Shown here in pieces: positions 31,809-41,059 of a stretch of DNA of 58,954 bases; within the stretch, counting starts at the first letter, position 1, and each line of letters starts with the position of its first letter. The notes below the pieces were generated by a model. That model searched no databases and had not been told where the DNA came from. It saw nothing but the letters and a program-made list of their open reading frames with translations. The translations under genes were made by a program, and so were the position numbers. The stretch is from Bacteroidota bacterium (GTDB lineage Bacteria; Bacteroidota; Bacteroidia; Bacteroidales; VadinHA17). The stretch covers positions 1-58,954 of the forward strand of contig DQWH01000161.1 of assembly GCA_011042635.1 (NCBI GenBank), given 5' to 3'.

Positions 31809-33320
31809 ATGAAAAAATCTTCAGTACATGTCATTGCCCCCGGCGAAATCGGGTTCGATACCATACAGACCATTCTGGATCCTGCCACAAAACTGGAACT
31901 TTCCGATGCATGCCGGGAAAAGATCAGCCGGTGCAGAAACTACCTGGATGAACGGATTGAACGCTCATCGGAACCTCTTTATGGGATTACCACCGGTTTT
32001 GGTTCTTTGTGTGACCGGAGTATTTCCAGGCCGGAACTGGGAATCCTGCAGGAAAACCTGGTGAAATCTCATGCCTGTGGCACCGGACCGGAAGTGCCTT
32101 CCGAACTCGTGCGCCTTATGCTTTTCCTGAAAATCCAGTCGCTGGCCTATGGAAATTCAGGAGTGCAGGTAGCCACTGTTCAGCGTCTGATCGATTTTTT
32201 TAACCATGATATCATTCCCGTGGTCTACCAGTACGGATCACTGGGGGCATCCGGCGATCTGGCGCCTCTGGCTCATTTGAGCCTTCCGCTGATCGGACTG
32301 GGAGAGGTATATGCGGAGGGCCGGAAGGTGAGCAGCCGGGAAGTATTGAACAAAATGGGATGGCAGCCTGTGGAACTTCAGTCTAAGGAAGGGCTTGCCC
32401 TGCTGAACGGAACCCAGTTTATGAGTGCTTACGGGGTATATCTTACCTTGCACGTGTCGAGGTTGAGTTTGCTGGCCGATGTGATCGGGGGGCTGTCCCT
32501 CGATGTGTACGACGGGCGCATCGAACCTTTCCATCCCCTGGTGCAGAAAATTAGGCCTCACGGGGGACAGATCGAGACCGCCCGCCGGATCAGTTGGCTG
32601 CTTGAGGGAAGTGAGCTGATAGCCCGTGAAGGGAAAGCGGTGCAGGATCCTTATTCCTTTCGTTGCATCCCCCAGGTGCACGGAGCTTCGAAAGATTCCA
32701 TACTCTACGTGGCCAGCGTATTCAGGAATGAGATCAATTCAGTGACCGATAATCCCACCATTTTCCCCGACGAAGATTTGATCATTTCGGCGGGCAACTT
32801 TCACGGGCAGCCACTGGCATTGGCCCTGGATAACCTGTGTATCGCCATGGCCGAGCTGGGAAATATCTCTGAAAGGAGAACCTATCAACTGCTCTCGGGG
32901 AAAAGGGGGTTGCCTCCTTTTCTGGTTGCCAATCCGGGGTTGAATTCCGGGTTCATGATCCCTCAATATACAGCGGCCGCCATGGTAAGCTACAACAAAC
33001 AGCTGTCAACTCCTGCCTCGGTCGATTCCATTGAAACTTCCCAGGGACAGGAAGATCATGTGAGTATGGGAGCCACCGCTGCCCTGAAAGCCTATCAGAT
33101 CATGGAAAATCTGGAAAGAATCCTTGCCATTGAATTGTACAATGCGGCCCAGGCGCTTGATTTCAGAAGGCCCTTGAAAACATCTCCCTGGCTCGAGAAT
33201 TTCGTGTCCGAATACCGCAGGCAGGTGCACTTCGTGGAGAATGACAAAACCATGTATCAGGATATCTTCCGGTCGGTGGAGTTTCTGCGTAACGTGAAGA
33301 TGTCCCTTCCCGATGAATAG
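31809..33320 (+). CDS. hutH: Histidine ammonia-lyase
   Basis: MIO-forming GASGDLAPLAH motif. The selectivity position NLVKSHACG carries Ser-His as in HAL, rather than the Phe-Leu of PAL or His-Leu of TAL. Confidence 0.9.
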   Translation: MKKSSVHVIAPGEIGFDTIQTILDPATKLELSDACREKISRCRNYLDERIERSSEPLYGITTGFGSLCDRSISRPELGILQENLVKSHACGTGPEVPSELVRLMLFLKIQSLAYGNSGVQVATVQRLIDFFNHDIIPVVYQYGSLGASGDLAPLAHLSLPLIGLGEVYAEGRKVSSREVLNKMGWQPVELQSKEGLALLNGTQFMSAYGVYLTLHVSRLSLLADVIGGLSLDVYDGRIEPFHPLVQKIRPHGGQIETARRISWLLEGSELIAREGKAVQDPYSFRCIPQVHGASKDSILYVASVFRNEINSVTDNPTIFPDEDLIISAGNFHGQPLALALDNLCIAMAELGNISERRTYQLLSGKRGLPPFLVANPGLNSGFMIPQYTAAAMVSYNKQLSTPASVDSIETSQGQEDHVSMGATAALKAYQIMENLERILAIELYNAAQALDFRRPLKTSPWLENFVSEYRRQVHFVENDKTMYQDIFRSVEFLRNVKMSLPDE

Positions 33321-33337
33321 ACCGAAGAAATTTTTCT

Positions 33338-33823
33338 TTATCTTCTCCGACCTTGCCTGATATTGGCCGCCCTTTCACGTAATTGCCGTAACAGGAATGT
33401 CTTGTACAGGTTTTCAGTATGATACAGGCGCAACACCTTGCGAATGGGAAGCACCTGCTTGAATTGTTCGTGGTATTCACGGGCCAGTTCGGTTTCTTCA
33501 ACCTGCAGTTCGATGAGTTGATCGGCCATTTGAAGAATTTCCGCATCGTTCAGCACCGATTGTTCGCGGGTATACTTCACCTGCAATTGACGACGCTGTT
33601 CCTGAATATCCATACGCTTTTTCTGGTATTCGTTGTATACCGGCCAGAATTTCTCCGATTCTTCGGTAGTCAGCTGCATCCGGTTGGTAAAAAATGCAAT
33701 TTTCTGGGCATTCAACCGGTCCATATGGTCCATTCCCGGAAATTCATCCGGCTGCTGAGCTCCGGCCCGCAGGATTCCTGTGAGTGTCAGCAGCATCAGT
33801 GTTACAATATGATGTGTTTTCAT
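33338..33823 (-). CDS. Periplasmic helical protein, Spy/CpxP-like, third gene of the ECF module
   Basis: Signal peptide (LTLTGILRAGAQ) and a charged helical repeat character (EESEKFWPVYNEYQKKR...). Family assignment is by resemblance only. Confidence 0.5.
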   Translation of the reverse strand: MKTHHIVTLMLLTLTGILRAGAQQPDEFPGMDHMDRLNAQKIAFFTNRMQLTTEESEKFWPVYNEYQKKRMDIQEQRRQLQVKYTREQSVLNDAEILQMADQLIELQVEETELAREYHEQFKQVLPIRKVLRLYHTENLYKTFLLRQLRERAANIRQGRRR

Positions 33824-33836
33824 GGCGGCAGATAAT

Positions 33837-34280
33837 TTATTGGAGTTCTTCCATAATGGTTATTTCATCAATGTCTTCTGTGACCAGGTAATAAATGATT
33901 TCATCATCCGTGTAATCCAGTTCGGGTATTCCAGGATCCTGTTCTCCCAGGGCATCGATAATTTGTGATTCATCGAAATCGTCCATATGGAATTCGATGT
34001 ATTCGGCCAGATCGTTCTGTGAGGTTTCGGGTTCCGGCTTCAGAATGAGTTTGACGGCAAAATATCCCAGCAGCACCAGACCGGCAAAACCGGCAGCCAG
34101 GGCGAGCTGCGGGCGAAGAAGACTGAAAAAACCGCGCTTCTCGTCAGGAGTTACCTGCCGGATGGCCACAGCTTTGTCAATCTTGTCCTGAAGCTTGTCA
34201 AAATATCCCTCCGGTACCCGAAAGGGATTTTCCTTCGGAATATCTGTGAGTTTTCTCCGGGTGTTATTTTTGTTGTTCAT
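33837..34280 (-). CDS. Putative anti-sigma factor (single-pass membrane protein)
   Basis: 147 aa with one TM helix (LALAAGFAGLVLLGYFAV), immediately downstream of the ECF sigma gene. Confidence 0.55.
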   Translation of the reverse strand: MNNKNNTRRKLTDIPKENPFRVPEGYFDKLQDKIDKAVAIRQVTPDEKRGFFSLLRPQLALAAGFAGLVLLGYFAVKLILKPEPETSQNDLAEYIEFHMDDFDESQIIDALGEQDPGIPELDYTDDEIIYYLVTEDIDEITIMEELQ

Positions 34281-34312
34281 TTGTTATTTTGACTGATTTG
34301 CTTGGAAAAGGT

Positions 34313-34861
34313 TTAATATTTTTCCAGGAATTGTTCGATTTTTTTCACTGCATGATAGTAAGATGCCTTTAACGCTCCCACCGAGGTATTCAGAATGTGT
34401 GATATATCTTCGTATTTCATTTCCTGCATGTATTTCATTTGAAACACCAGGCGTTGCTTTGTGGGAAGCGACAGCATGGCCTGTTGCAGCCGCCTTTGTA
34501 TTTCGTCTCCGTCAAAAAGGGGATCGTGTTCAATCTGTCCGGCCAGCAGCTGCTCATGGTGATCGATGGAAAACAGGTGTCTTTTGTTTTTTCTTTTCAG
34601 AAATCCCAGGGCTTCGTTAGTTGCAATCCGGTACAACCAGGTGTATAAGCTGGACTCGCCCCGGAATCCGGACAGATTTTCCCATGCTTTTATAAACGCG
34701 TTTTGTGTCACATCGTTGGCATCCTCGTGGTCAATCACGATCTGCCTGATATGCCAGTAGATTTTCTGATGATATTTCTTTACCAGAAGCTGGAAAACAC
34801 GATGGTGATTGTCCCGGCTTTCCCTCAGAAGGGCCAGCAGCTCGCTGTCACTGGTTTCCAT
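34313..34861 (-). CDS. ECF-type RNA polymerase sigma-70 family factor
   Basis: 182 aa. Region 2 (DANDVTQNAFIKAWENL...YTWLYRIATNEAL) and region 4 (LPTKQRLVFQMKYMQEMKYEDISHILNTSVGALKASYYHA). Confidence 0.9.
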   Translation of the reverse strand: METSDSELLALLRESRDNHHRVFQLLVKKYHQKIYWHIRQIVIDHEDANDVTQNAFIKAWENLSGFRGESSLYTWLYRIATNEALGFLKRKNKRHLFSIDHHEQLLAGQIEHDPLFDGDEIQRRLQQAMLSLPTKQRLVFQMKYMQEMKYEDISHILNTSVGALKASYYHAVKKIEQFLEKY

Positions 34862-34937
34862 TATTTTCCGGTCCTGAGGATTTTGATAATACGATTATTG
34901 GATAACCTCCGGCCGAAAAGGTTTAATCCAGACATGT

Positions 34938-36323
34938 TCAATAAAGTCTGATAGTTTCCGAACCTCCCGGTTTGATGGTAAAAACCTTGTCGAAGGTATA
35001 CACACTTTTCCGGGCATTGATCGGGCGGTAGAGGAACCGGTAAGTCCCGGGTTGCAGTACCAGTGATTCGGTCCTGGTGGTCAGTTCGGTGTTGTAAATC
35101 CATTCCATTTCCTGATTGCGCATGACAAACAGGCTTCCGATGCCTGTTCCGTTAATGATCAGGGTGGCAAGGCCGGGTTTGGGAATGGTGATGGTGGTGG
35201 TTTCCTGCGGCCTGATTTCTATGTTCTTCAGCTCAATTTTTGGCAGCACGGGTATTTCCAGGTCGTATTTTCCCACCAGGTATTTTTCTTCCCGGTTGAT
35301 CTTTTGCCAGTTCAGGGAACCGGTTTTACCGGCCTGCCTGATAAGAAATTGCAGGTCACGGTATTGGCCGGGACTTTCACTGATAACCTTCAGTTTTCCC
35401 TGGGGTACGTCGGCCGTAATCAGGTTATGTTTTCCGCGGTTCAGGACAATGTTTTCTACCGTTACGTTGGGCAGGGTATGAATAACCAGCCTGTAGGTGA
35501 GCAGAGGATCCAGATACAGGGTGTCAGGGTTACCCCTGTGATTGATGGTATGAATGAAATTATACATCACCTTGCCCGAAAGCTGGTCGTAAAAGGTCAT
35601 TCCAACATCTGTTTCTGATGGAATGCCTTTGTTATCCAGAAGATTGACCTGGGCTGATGTCTGGTCAAGCACATGCGAGATCACTACACCCAGCACTTCC
35701 TGGAACTGCTGTGAATTGTCGGCATTGAAGTATTCTCCCACACAGTTGAAGCTTTCCTTCAGATCATCGGTCAGTCCGATGCCGATTATGAATGGCCTGA
35801 GAATGATCCCTTTTCGTTGGAGTTCCCGGGAAACTTCACAGGGATCGCCGTCGCAGGCTTCGATCCCGTCGGTGATCAGGATAACAATGTTCCTGCAGGT
35901 TTCACAGGCAGGGAAATCAGAGGCGCTGAGCTGCAAAGATCTGGCCAGTGGTGTGGTTCCCTTGGGATTCAGGAAACGGAGCTTTTGCCTGATTTCTCCT
36001 GCATTGCCTTTTCTGAAAGGAACTTCCAGGCGGGTGTCGTTGCAGTCCTGCGGGGGTACCGGACTCTGGTGTCCGTAAACCCTGAGAGCCATCTCCACGT
36101 GGGGCAGCAGTTTCAGGCTGTCAATGGTATTGATCAGGAAATTCCTGGCAATGTTGATCTTTCTGTCGCCCTGCCATTCGCCTGCCATGCTTTGCGATGC
36201 ATCGAGGATAAAAAGGATACGTGTCAGATGGGTTTCCTGTTCCCGGGGAATCTGCGCCGGAGCATATGTGCCGGTATACATCAGAAACAAAGTGACGGAA
36301 AGAATACGTAGGGTTAGGTTCAT
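34938..36323 (-). CDS. Secreted von Willebrand factor type A (VWA) domain protein
   Basis: Signal peptide, a MIDAS-type DASQS motif (ILFILDASQSMAG), and a beta-rich C-terminal half. Confidence 0.8.
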   Translation of the reverse strand: MNLTLRILSVTLFLMYTGTYAPAQIPREQETHLTRILFILDASQSMAGEWQGDRKINIARNFLINTIDSLKLLPHVEMALRVYGHQSPVPPQDCNDTRLEVPFRKGNAGEIRQKLRFLNPKGTTPLARSLQLSASDFPACETCRNIVILITDGIEACDGDPCEVSRELQRKGIILRPFIIGIGLTDDLKESFNCVGEYFNADNSQQFQEVLGVVISHVLDQTSAQVNLLDNKGIPSETDVGMTFYDQLSGKVMYNFIHTINHRGNPDTLYLDPLLTYRLVIHTLPNVTVENIVLNRGKHNLITADVPQGKLKVISESPGQYRDLQFLIRQAGKTGSLNWQKINREEKYLVGKYDLEIPVLPKIELKNIEIRPQETTTITIPKPGLATLIINGTGIGSLFVMRNQEMEWIYNTELTTRTESLVLQPGTYRFLYRPINARKSVYTFDKVFTIKPGGSETIRLY

Positions 36324-36462
36324 ACCTTAACGCAATTGCATGCTAAAATAAGAAAATTATGGGAAGTGATGTCAGTTGCGTTCAGGGGGACCGCCGAATT
36401 TCACGTTTTCCATTCGTTTTACACGGCAAAAGTGTAATTTTATGCCGGAAAAAACGATTATT

Positions 36463-37560
36463 ATGCCATTACAATGCGGGATCATCGGAATTACCAATAC
36501 GGGCAAAACCACCCTTTTTAACTGCATTTCAAATACCAGGGCCGAAGTGACTTCTTTTGCCTTCAGCAGCAACAGGTCGAATATCGGAATGGTGAATGTT
36601 CCTGATCCGCGTCTGAAACAGCTGGAAAAGTATCAACCTACCGAAAAAGTGATTCCCACCACGGTGGAATTTGTTGATATCCCCGGCCTGACACGCGGCG
36701 CCAGCCAGGGAGAAGGGATGGGGAACCAGTTCCTGGCAGATATACGGAATACGGATGCCCTGATCCATGTGTTGCGCTGTTTCGACGACGAGAACCTGCC
36801 CCATGTGGATGGTTCGGTTGATCCGGTAAGGGATAAGGAAACGGTTGATCTGGAGTTGCAGGTGAAAGACCAGGAATCAGTGGTCAAAAAAATCCAGCGT
36901 CTTGAAAAAATGGCCCGTTCGGGTGACAGGCAGGCAAAGCAGGGAATGGAGGTGTTGCAGGCGCTGCGGGCACATATCGAAGAATTTCAGCCAGCCCGTA
37001 CTTTTCAGGCTTCTCCTGACGACAGAAAATGGATGTCAGATCTTTTTCTGCTGACCGATAAGCCCGTATTGTATGTGTGCAACGTGGATGCTGCCTCGGC
37101 GGTTGACGGGAACCGGTATGTGGAGCAGGTAAAGGAAGTGGTAAAAAATGAAGACACGGAAGTGCTGGTGATCGCTGCCGCCATGGAAGCCGAGATTGCC
37201 GAACTGGAGGATGAAAACGACCGGCGGGCTTTTCTCGAAGACGCGGGGCTTTCTGAACCCGGGGTGAACAAACTCATCAGAAGTGCATACAGTTTGTTGA
37301 AATTGAGAACTTTTTTTACGGTCGGCCCCAGGGAGATCAGAGCCTGGACCATCCGCGAGGGAATGACCGCTCCCCAGGCTGCCGGTGTGATCCATTCCGA
37401 CATGGAAAGAGGTTTTATCAGGGCCGAGGTGATGAAATATGCCGATTTTGTTAAACTGGGATCGGAGCAGGCCTGTAAGGAAAAAGGGAAATTTTTTGTT
37501 GAAGGGAAAAATTACGTGGTGGAAGACGGGGATATCCTGCATATACGATTTAATGTATAA
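36463..37560 (+). CDS. ychF: Ribosome-binding ATPase YchF
   Basis: MPLQCGIIGITNTGKTTLFN P-loop and a C-terminal TGS-like ...VVEDGDILHIRFNV. I prefer the ATG at 36463 to the tracked upstream start. Confidence 0.93.
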   Translation: MPLQCGIIGITNTGKTTLFNCISNTRAEVTSFAFSSNRSNIGMVNVPDPRLKQLEKYQPTEKVIPTTVEFVDIPGLTRGASQGEGMGNQFLADIRNTDALIHVLRCFDDENLPHVDGSVDPVRDKETVDLELQVKDQESVVKKIQRLEKMARSGDRQAKQGMEVLQALRAHIEEFQPARTFQASPDDRKWMSDLFLLTDKPVLYVCNVDAASAVDGNRYVEQVKEVVKNEDTEVLVIAAAMEAEIAELEDENDRRAFLEDAGLSEPGVNKLIRSAYSLLKLRTFFTVGPREIRAWTIREGMTAPQAAGVIHSDMERGFIRAEVMKYADFVKLGSEQACKEKGKFFVEGKNYVVEDGDILHIRFNV

Positions 37561-37563
37561 CTT

Positions 37564-39282
37564 TTGAAGTTTCGATTCTCATTTGCTTTCTGCCTCTGTG
37601 TGTTGCTTGTCCTGAACACCCGGCTGAGTGCACAGGACAGGGATGCATCGCTGAGACAGGCCTTCCGCCTGCTTGAAACCAGAAATGAGGTATGCATCGA
37701 ATTTGAGGTGCCCGGGCCCGGATTACCGGAACACCTGTCAGGTATCCTTTCCATTGATGCTGTGACAGGAAAGACAGTGAGGGCTTATGCCAATCCTCAG
37801 CAATTCCGTGAATTCCTGACCTGGGATTTGCCTTTCCGGGTTATTCCCCCTGTCATACGTCCGGTTCCGGAAACCAAATCCCTTGCTGCCTGGGAGTCAT
37901 ATCCATCCTATTCGGAATACCTGGATATGATGCAGGCATTCGAAACCGGCCATCCCTCCCTGTGCCGCCTGGTAAATGCCGGGAAATCGGTTGGCAACCG
38001 GGATATCCTGTTCGTGAAAATTTCCGATCATGTGGAAGAAAAAGAACCTGAGCCTGTGGTTTTATTTTCTTCCACCATGCACGGGGATGAAACCGTGGGA
38101 TATGTGCTGATGCTGCTCCTGATCGACACACTGCTCACCGGTTACGGTCATGATCCGCAGATCACTGCCTTGGTTGACAGCCTGGAAATATGGATCAATC
38201 CCCTGGCCAACCCCGACGGCACCTATTACAATTCTCCCTCGGGCGAGATCACAAATCCCCGCAGGTACAACGACAACGGCTACGATCTGAACCGGAATTT
38301 TCCCGATCCACGGGTAGGGGAAAATCCCGGAGGTCCCTATCAGGAGGAGACCCTGGCGATGATGGCGTTTATGGATACCCTGAAAGCCTGTTTGTCAGCC
38401 AATTTTCACGGGGGGGCCGAAGTGGTGAATTATCCGTGGGATACATGGTATCCGTCTGTGAAGGTCCATCCCGACCAGTTGTGGTTTCAATACATCGGCC
38501 ATGAATATGCCGATACCGTTCATCTGTACGGTCCGGAAGGATACATGAACCCTTCCTGGTCGGATAACGGAATCACCAACGGGGCCGAATGGTACTCCAT
38601 TACCGGAAGCAGACAGGATTACGTGACTTACTTCCTGCATGGACGGGAGGTGACCATTGAACTTTCGAACACAAAATTTCCTGATCCGGCCACTCTCCCG
38701 CTGTACTGGGAATATAACCGACGTTCCCTCTTACATTACCTGGAACAGGCATTTTTCGGTGTACATGGTTTTGTGACCGATGCATATACGGGTGATCCGG
38801 TGCCTGCCCATATCACCCTCCCCGGACATGACAGCCTGGGTTCCGGTGTGGTCAGCGATTCAGTCAACGGATTCTTTGTAAGGTTGCTGCATGAGGGGAA
38901 CTGGAATATGATGTTTACTGCCGGGGGATATGAACCGGTTGAAATTCCCGTGCAGGTGTGGAACCGGCAGCAGACCAGACTGGATGTCCGTATGGTTCCG
39001 GTTCAACCATCTCCACCTCTTGATTCCACATTCTGTTTCAGGCTGGTGGAAAATCCGCCCGGCGGGGCATTTCGGTTTGAGTATCATATAGGGAAGCGGG
39101 GCAGTTATCGGTTTATCCTGTATACTCTGACAGGCCGGCCGGTACAACTGGTGGGAGAGGTATATCTGGAACCCGGGGAAGGAGAGCTGGAATTTCCCTT
39201 GCCTCCGGATATGACAGGAATGTATGTTATGGTGGTTAGCGGGCCGGAAGGGAATTTTTCCATGAAAATATTCCTGAAATAA
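37564..39282 (+). CDS. M14-family zinc carboxypeptidase with a T9SS C-terminal sorting domain
   Basis: Signal peptide, the HxxE zinc motif (MHGDETVGY), and a C-terminal ~80 aa beta-sandwich tail ending ...GMYVMVVSGPEGNFSMKIFLK typical of Por/T9SS CTDs. TTG start 4 nt after the ychF stop. Confidence 0.8.
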   Translation: MKFRFSFAFCLCVLLVLNTRLSAQDRDASLRQAFRLLETRNEVCIEFEVPGPGLPEHLSGILSIDAVTGKTVRAYANPQQFREFLTWDLPFRVIPPVIRPVPETKSLAAWESYPSYSEYLDMMQAFETGHPSLCRLVNAGKSVGNRDILFVKISDHVEEKEPEPVVLFSSTMHGDETVGYVLMLLLIDTLLTGYGHDPQITALVDSLEIWINPLANPDGTYYNSPSGEITNPRRYNDNGYDLNRNFPDPRVGENPGGPYQEETLAMMAFMDTLKACLSANFHGGAEVVNYPWDTWYPSVKVHPDQLWFQYIGHEYADTVHLYGPEGYMNPSWSDNGITNGAEWYSITGSRQDYVTYFLHGREVTIELSNTKFPDPATLPLYWEYNRRSLLHYLEQAFFGVHGFVTDAYTGDPVPAHITLPGHDSLGSGVVSDSVNGFFVRLLHEGNWNMMFTAGGYEPVEIPVQVWNRQQTRLDVRMVPVQPSPPLDSTFCFRLVENPPGGAFRFEYHIGKRGSYRFILYTLTGRPVQLVGEVYLEPGEGELEFPLPPDMTGMYVMVVSGPEGNFSMKIFLK

Positions 39283-39326
39283 ACCGGAGAATATCCGCTT
39301 TTGAAAATTAGAATACATGCAATGAT

Positions 39327-39334
39327 TATATTTG
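39327..39334 (+). promoter_or_regulatory. Candidate -7 promoter element TAtaTTTG upstream of the alkaline phosphatase family gene
   Basis: Exact TAnnTTTG match. It lies across the tracked TTG start (39332), so the real start is more likely the ATG at 39398. Confidence 0.45.
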
Positions 39335-39397
39335 CAGGAGAAGGTTCCGGGGATTTTTGCCTCCCTTCCTGATTTGCAAACCAGTAAATACGAAAGC

Positions 39398-41050
39398 ATG
39401 CTCAGAATGATTATTTCCGTGTTGGTGTTTTGTTTGCCTCCGTTCATCCCGCTTTTTTCACAGTCCACTCTCACAGTACCTCCTGACCGGCCGAAGCTGA
39501 TCGTAGGCATTGTGGTGGACCAGATGCGGTATGATTATATTTACCGTTACTGGGATAAATTCGGCGAAGGAGGATTTCGCCGGTTGATCGACGAGGGAAC
39601 ATTCTGCAAAAATGCCCGGTTCAGTTACCTGAATACCTATTCGGCTACCGGCTATGCCACCATATCCACCGGTTCCATGCCGGCCTCTCACGGGATAATC
39701 GCTGACGAATGGTACAAACGTCTGCAGAAGGAAAAAATATACTGTACGCAGGATGAGGGGGTGAAAGCCGTAGGGGGTAGCTATGAGAACGGAATGCATT
39801 CACCCGTGCATCTGGTGGCCACCACACTGGGTGATGAGCTGAGGATGTACTTTAATATGCGGTCGAAGGTATTTGGGGTGGGTATGAAAGAGCATGCTGC
39901 CATCTTATCGGCAGGTCATACGGCTAATGCGGCATACTGGTTCGATGCGTCTACCGGGACCTGGATGAGCAGTACCTGGTATCTTGATTCCCTGCCGCAA
40001 TGGGTGCGCGAATTCAATGAAAAGGAATTTCCCGACCTTTACCTCGAAAGGGAATGGGAACCCCTGTATCCCGAGGTAAGCTATGTGGAAAGCCTTCCCG
40101 ATTCATGTGATTATGAAACGGGTCTGGGCGGCCGGAATGTTTTTCCCTATGATCTGGACCGTATCAGCCGGGTCAGACGAAGGGAAAGGGATTACGGATT
40201 GCTTGGCTGCGTGCCGTTTGGAAACACCTATACAAAAGATTTTGCTGTTTCCCTGATCGTTTCCGAACAGCTCGGGAAGGATAAATTTCCCGATCTGCTG
40301 ACAGTGGCATTTAATCCCCCGGGAGAAGTAGGAAGACTTTTCGGCCCCAATTCAATGGAAATGCAGGATGTATACCTGAGGCTTGACCGCGACTTGGAGC
40401 ATTTTCTGGAGTTTCTCGACCAGCAGGTCGGGAAAAAGAACGTGCTGGTTTACCTTACTTCCAATCACGGGGTGTCAGCTAGCCCGGCCTACCTGAAAAC
40501 TCTCAGAATACCCGGTGATTTTTTTAATCTGAACGGGGCGGTTACCCTGCTCAGAGCTTACCTGAATGTCATATACGGAAACGGCAACTGGGTGGATACG
40601 GTGATCGGCCAGCAGATATTCCTCAACCGGCAGCTGATAGAGGATTCAAAATTATCGCTCGAAGAAATGCAGAACCGCGTAGCCAGGTTTATGATCCAGA
40701 TTTCGGGTGTGGCACGGGCTGTTACCTCCACCTCACTCGAAAGCAATTATTTCGGCAGCGGGATGATGCAACGGATCCAGAACGGGTACAACCAGAAACG
40801 TTCGGGGGATGTAATCCTGAGTCTGGAACCGGGCTGGATTTCCCGGAACGGGGATGTGGCGGGACACAGTACGGCCTACCGGTATGATTCCCATGTGCCC
40901 CTCATCTGGTACGGGTGGAAGATCCCGCGCATGGTGATCTCCGATCCGGTGGATATGACAGGACTGGCTTCTACCGTGGCTTTTCTGATGAACATATCCT
41001 ATCCGAACGGAAATATGGAAGAACCCTTGCCCGGCCTGATTTCCCGTTGA
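39398..41050 (+). CDS. Alkaline phosphatase superfamily protein (PafA-like / nucleotide pyrophosphatase-phosphodiesterase type)
   Basis: Signal peptide, then LIVGIVVDQMRYDY (metal-binding Asp region) and late ...LTSNHGV... and ...HS..Y.YDSHVPLI... motifs typical of this superfamily. Confidence 0.7.
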   Translation: MLRMIISVLVFCLPPFIPLFSQSTLTVPPDRPKLIVGIVVDQMRYDYIYRYWDKFGEGGFRRLIDEGTFCKNARFSYLNTYSATGYATISTGSMPASHGIIADEWYKRLQKEKIYCTQDEGVKAVGGSYENGMHSPVHLVATTLGDELRMYFNMRSKVFGVGMKEHAAILSAGHTANAAYWFDASTGTWMSSTWYLDSLPQWVREFNEKEFPDLYLEREWEPLYPEVSYVESLPDSCDYETGLGGRNVFPYDLDRISRVRRRERDYGLLGCVPFGNTYTKDFAVSLIVSEQLGKDKFPDLLTVAFNPPGEVGRLFGPNSMEMQDVYLRLDRDLEHFLEFLDQQVGKKNVLVYLTSNHGVSASPAYLKTLRIPGDFFNLNGAVTLLRAYLNVIYGNGNWVDTVIGQQIFLNRQLIEDSKLSLEEMQNRVARFMIQISGVARAVTSTSLESNYFGSGMMQRIQNGYNQKRSGDVILSLEPGWISRNGDVAGHSTAYRYDSHVPLIWYGWKIPRMVISDPVDMTGLASTVAFLMNISYPNGNMEEPLPGLISR

Positions 41051-41059
41051 GATATACCA

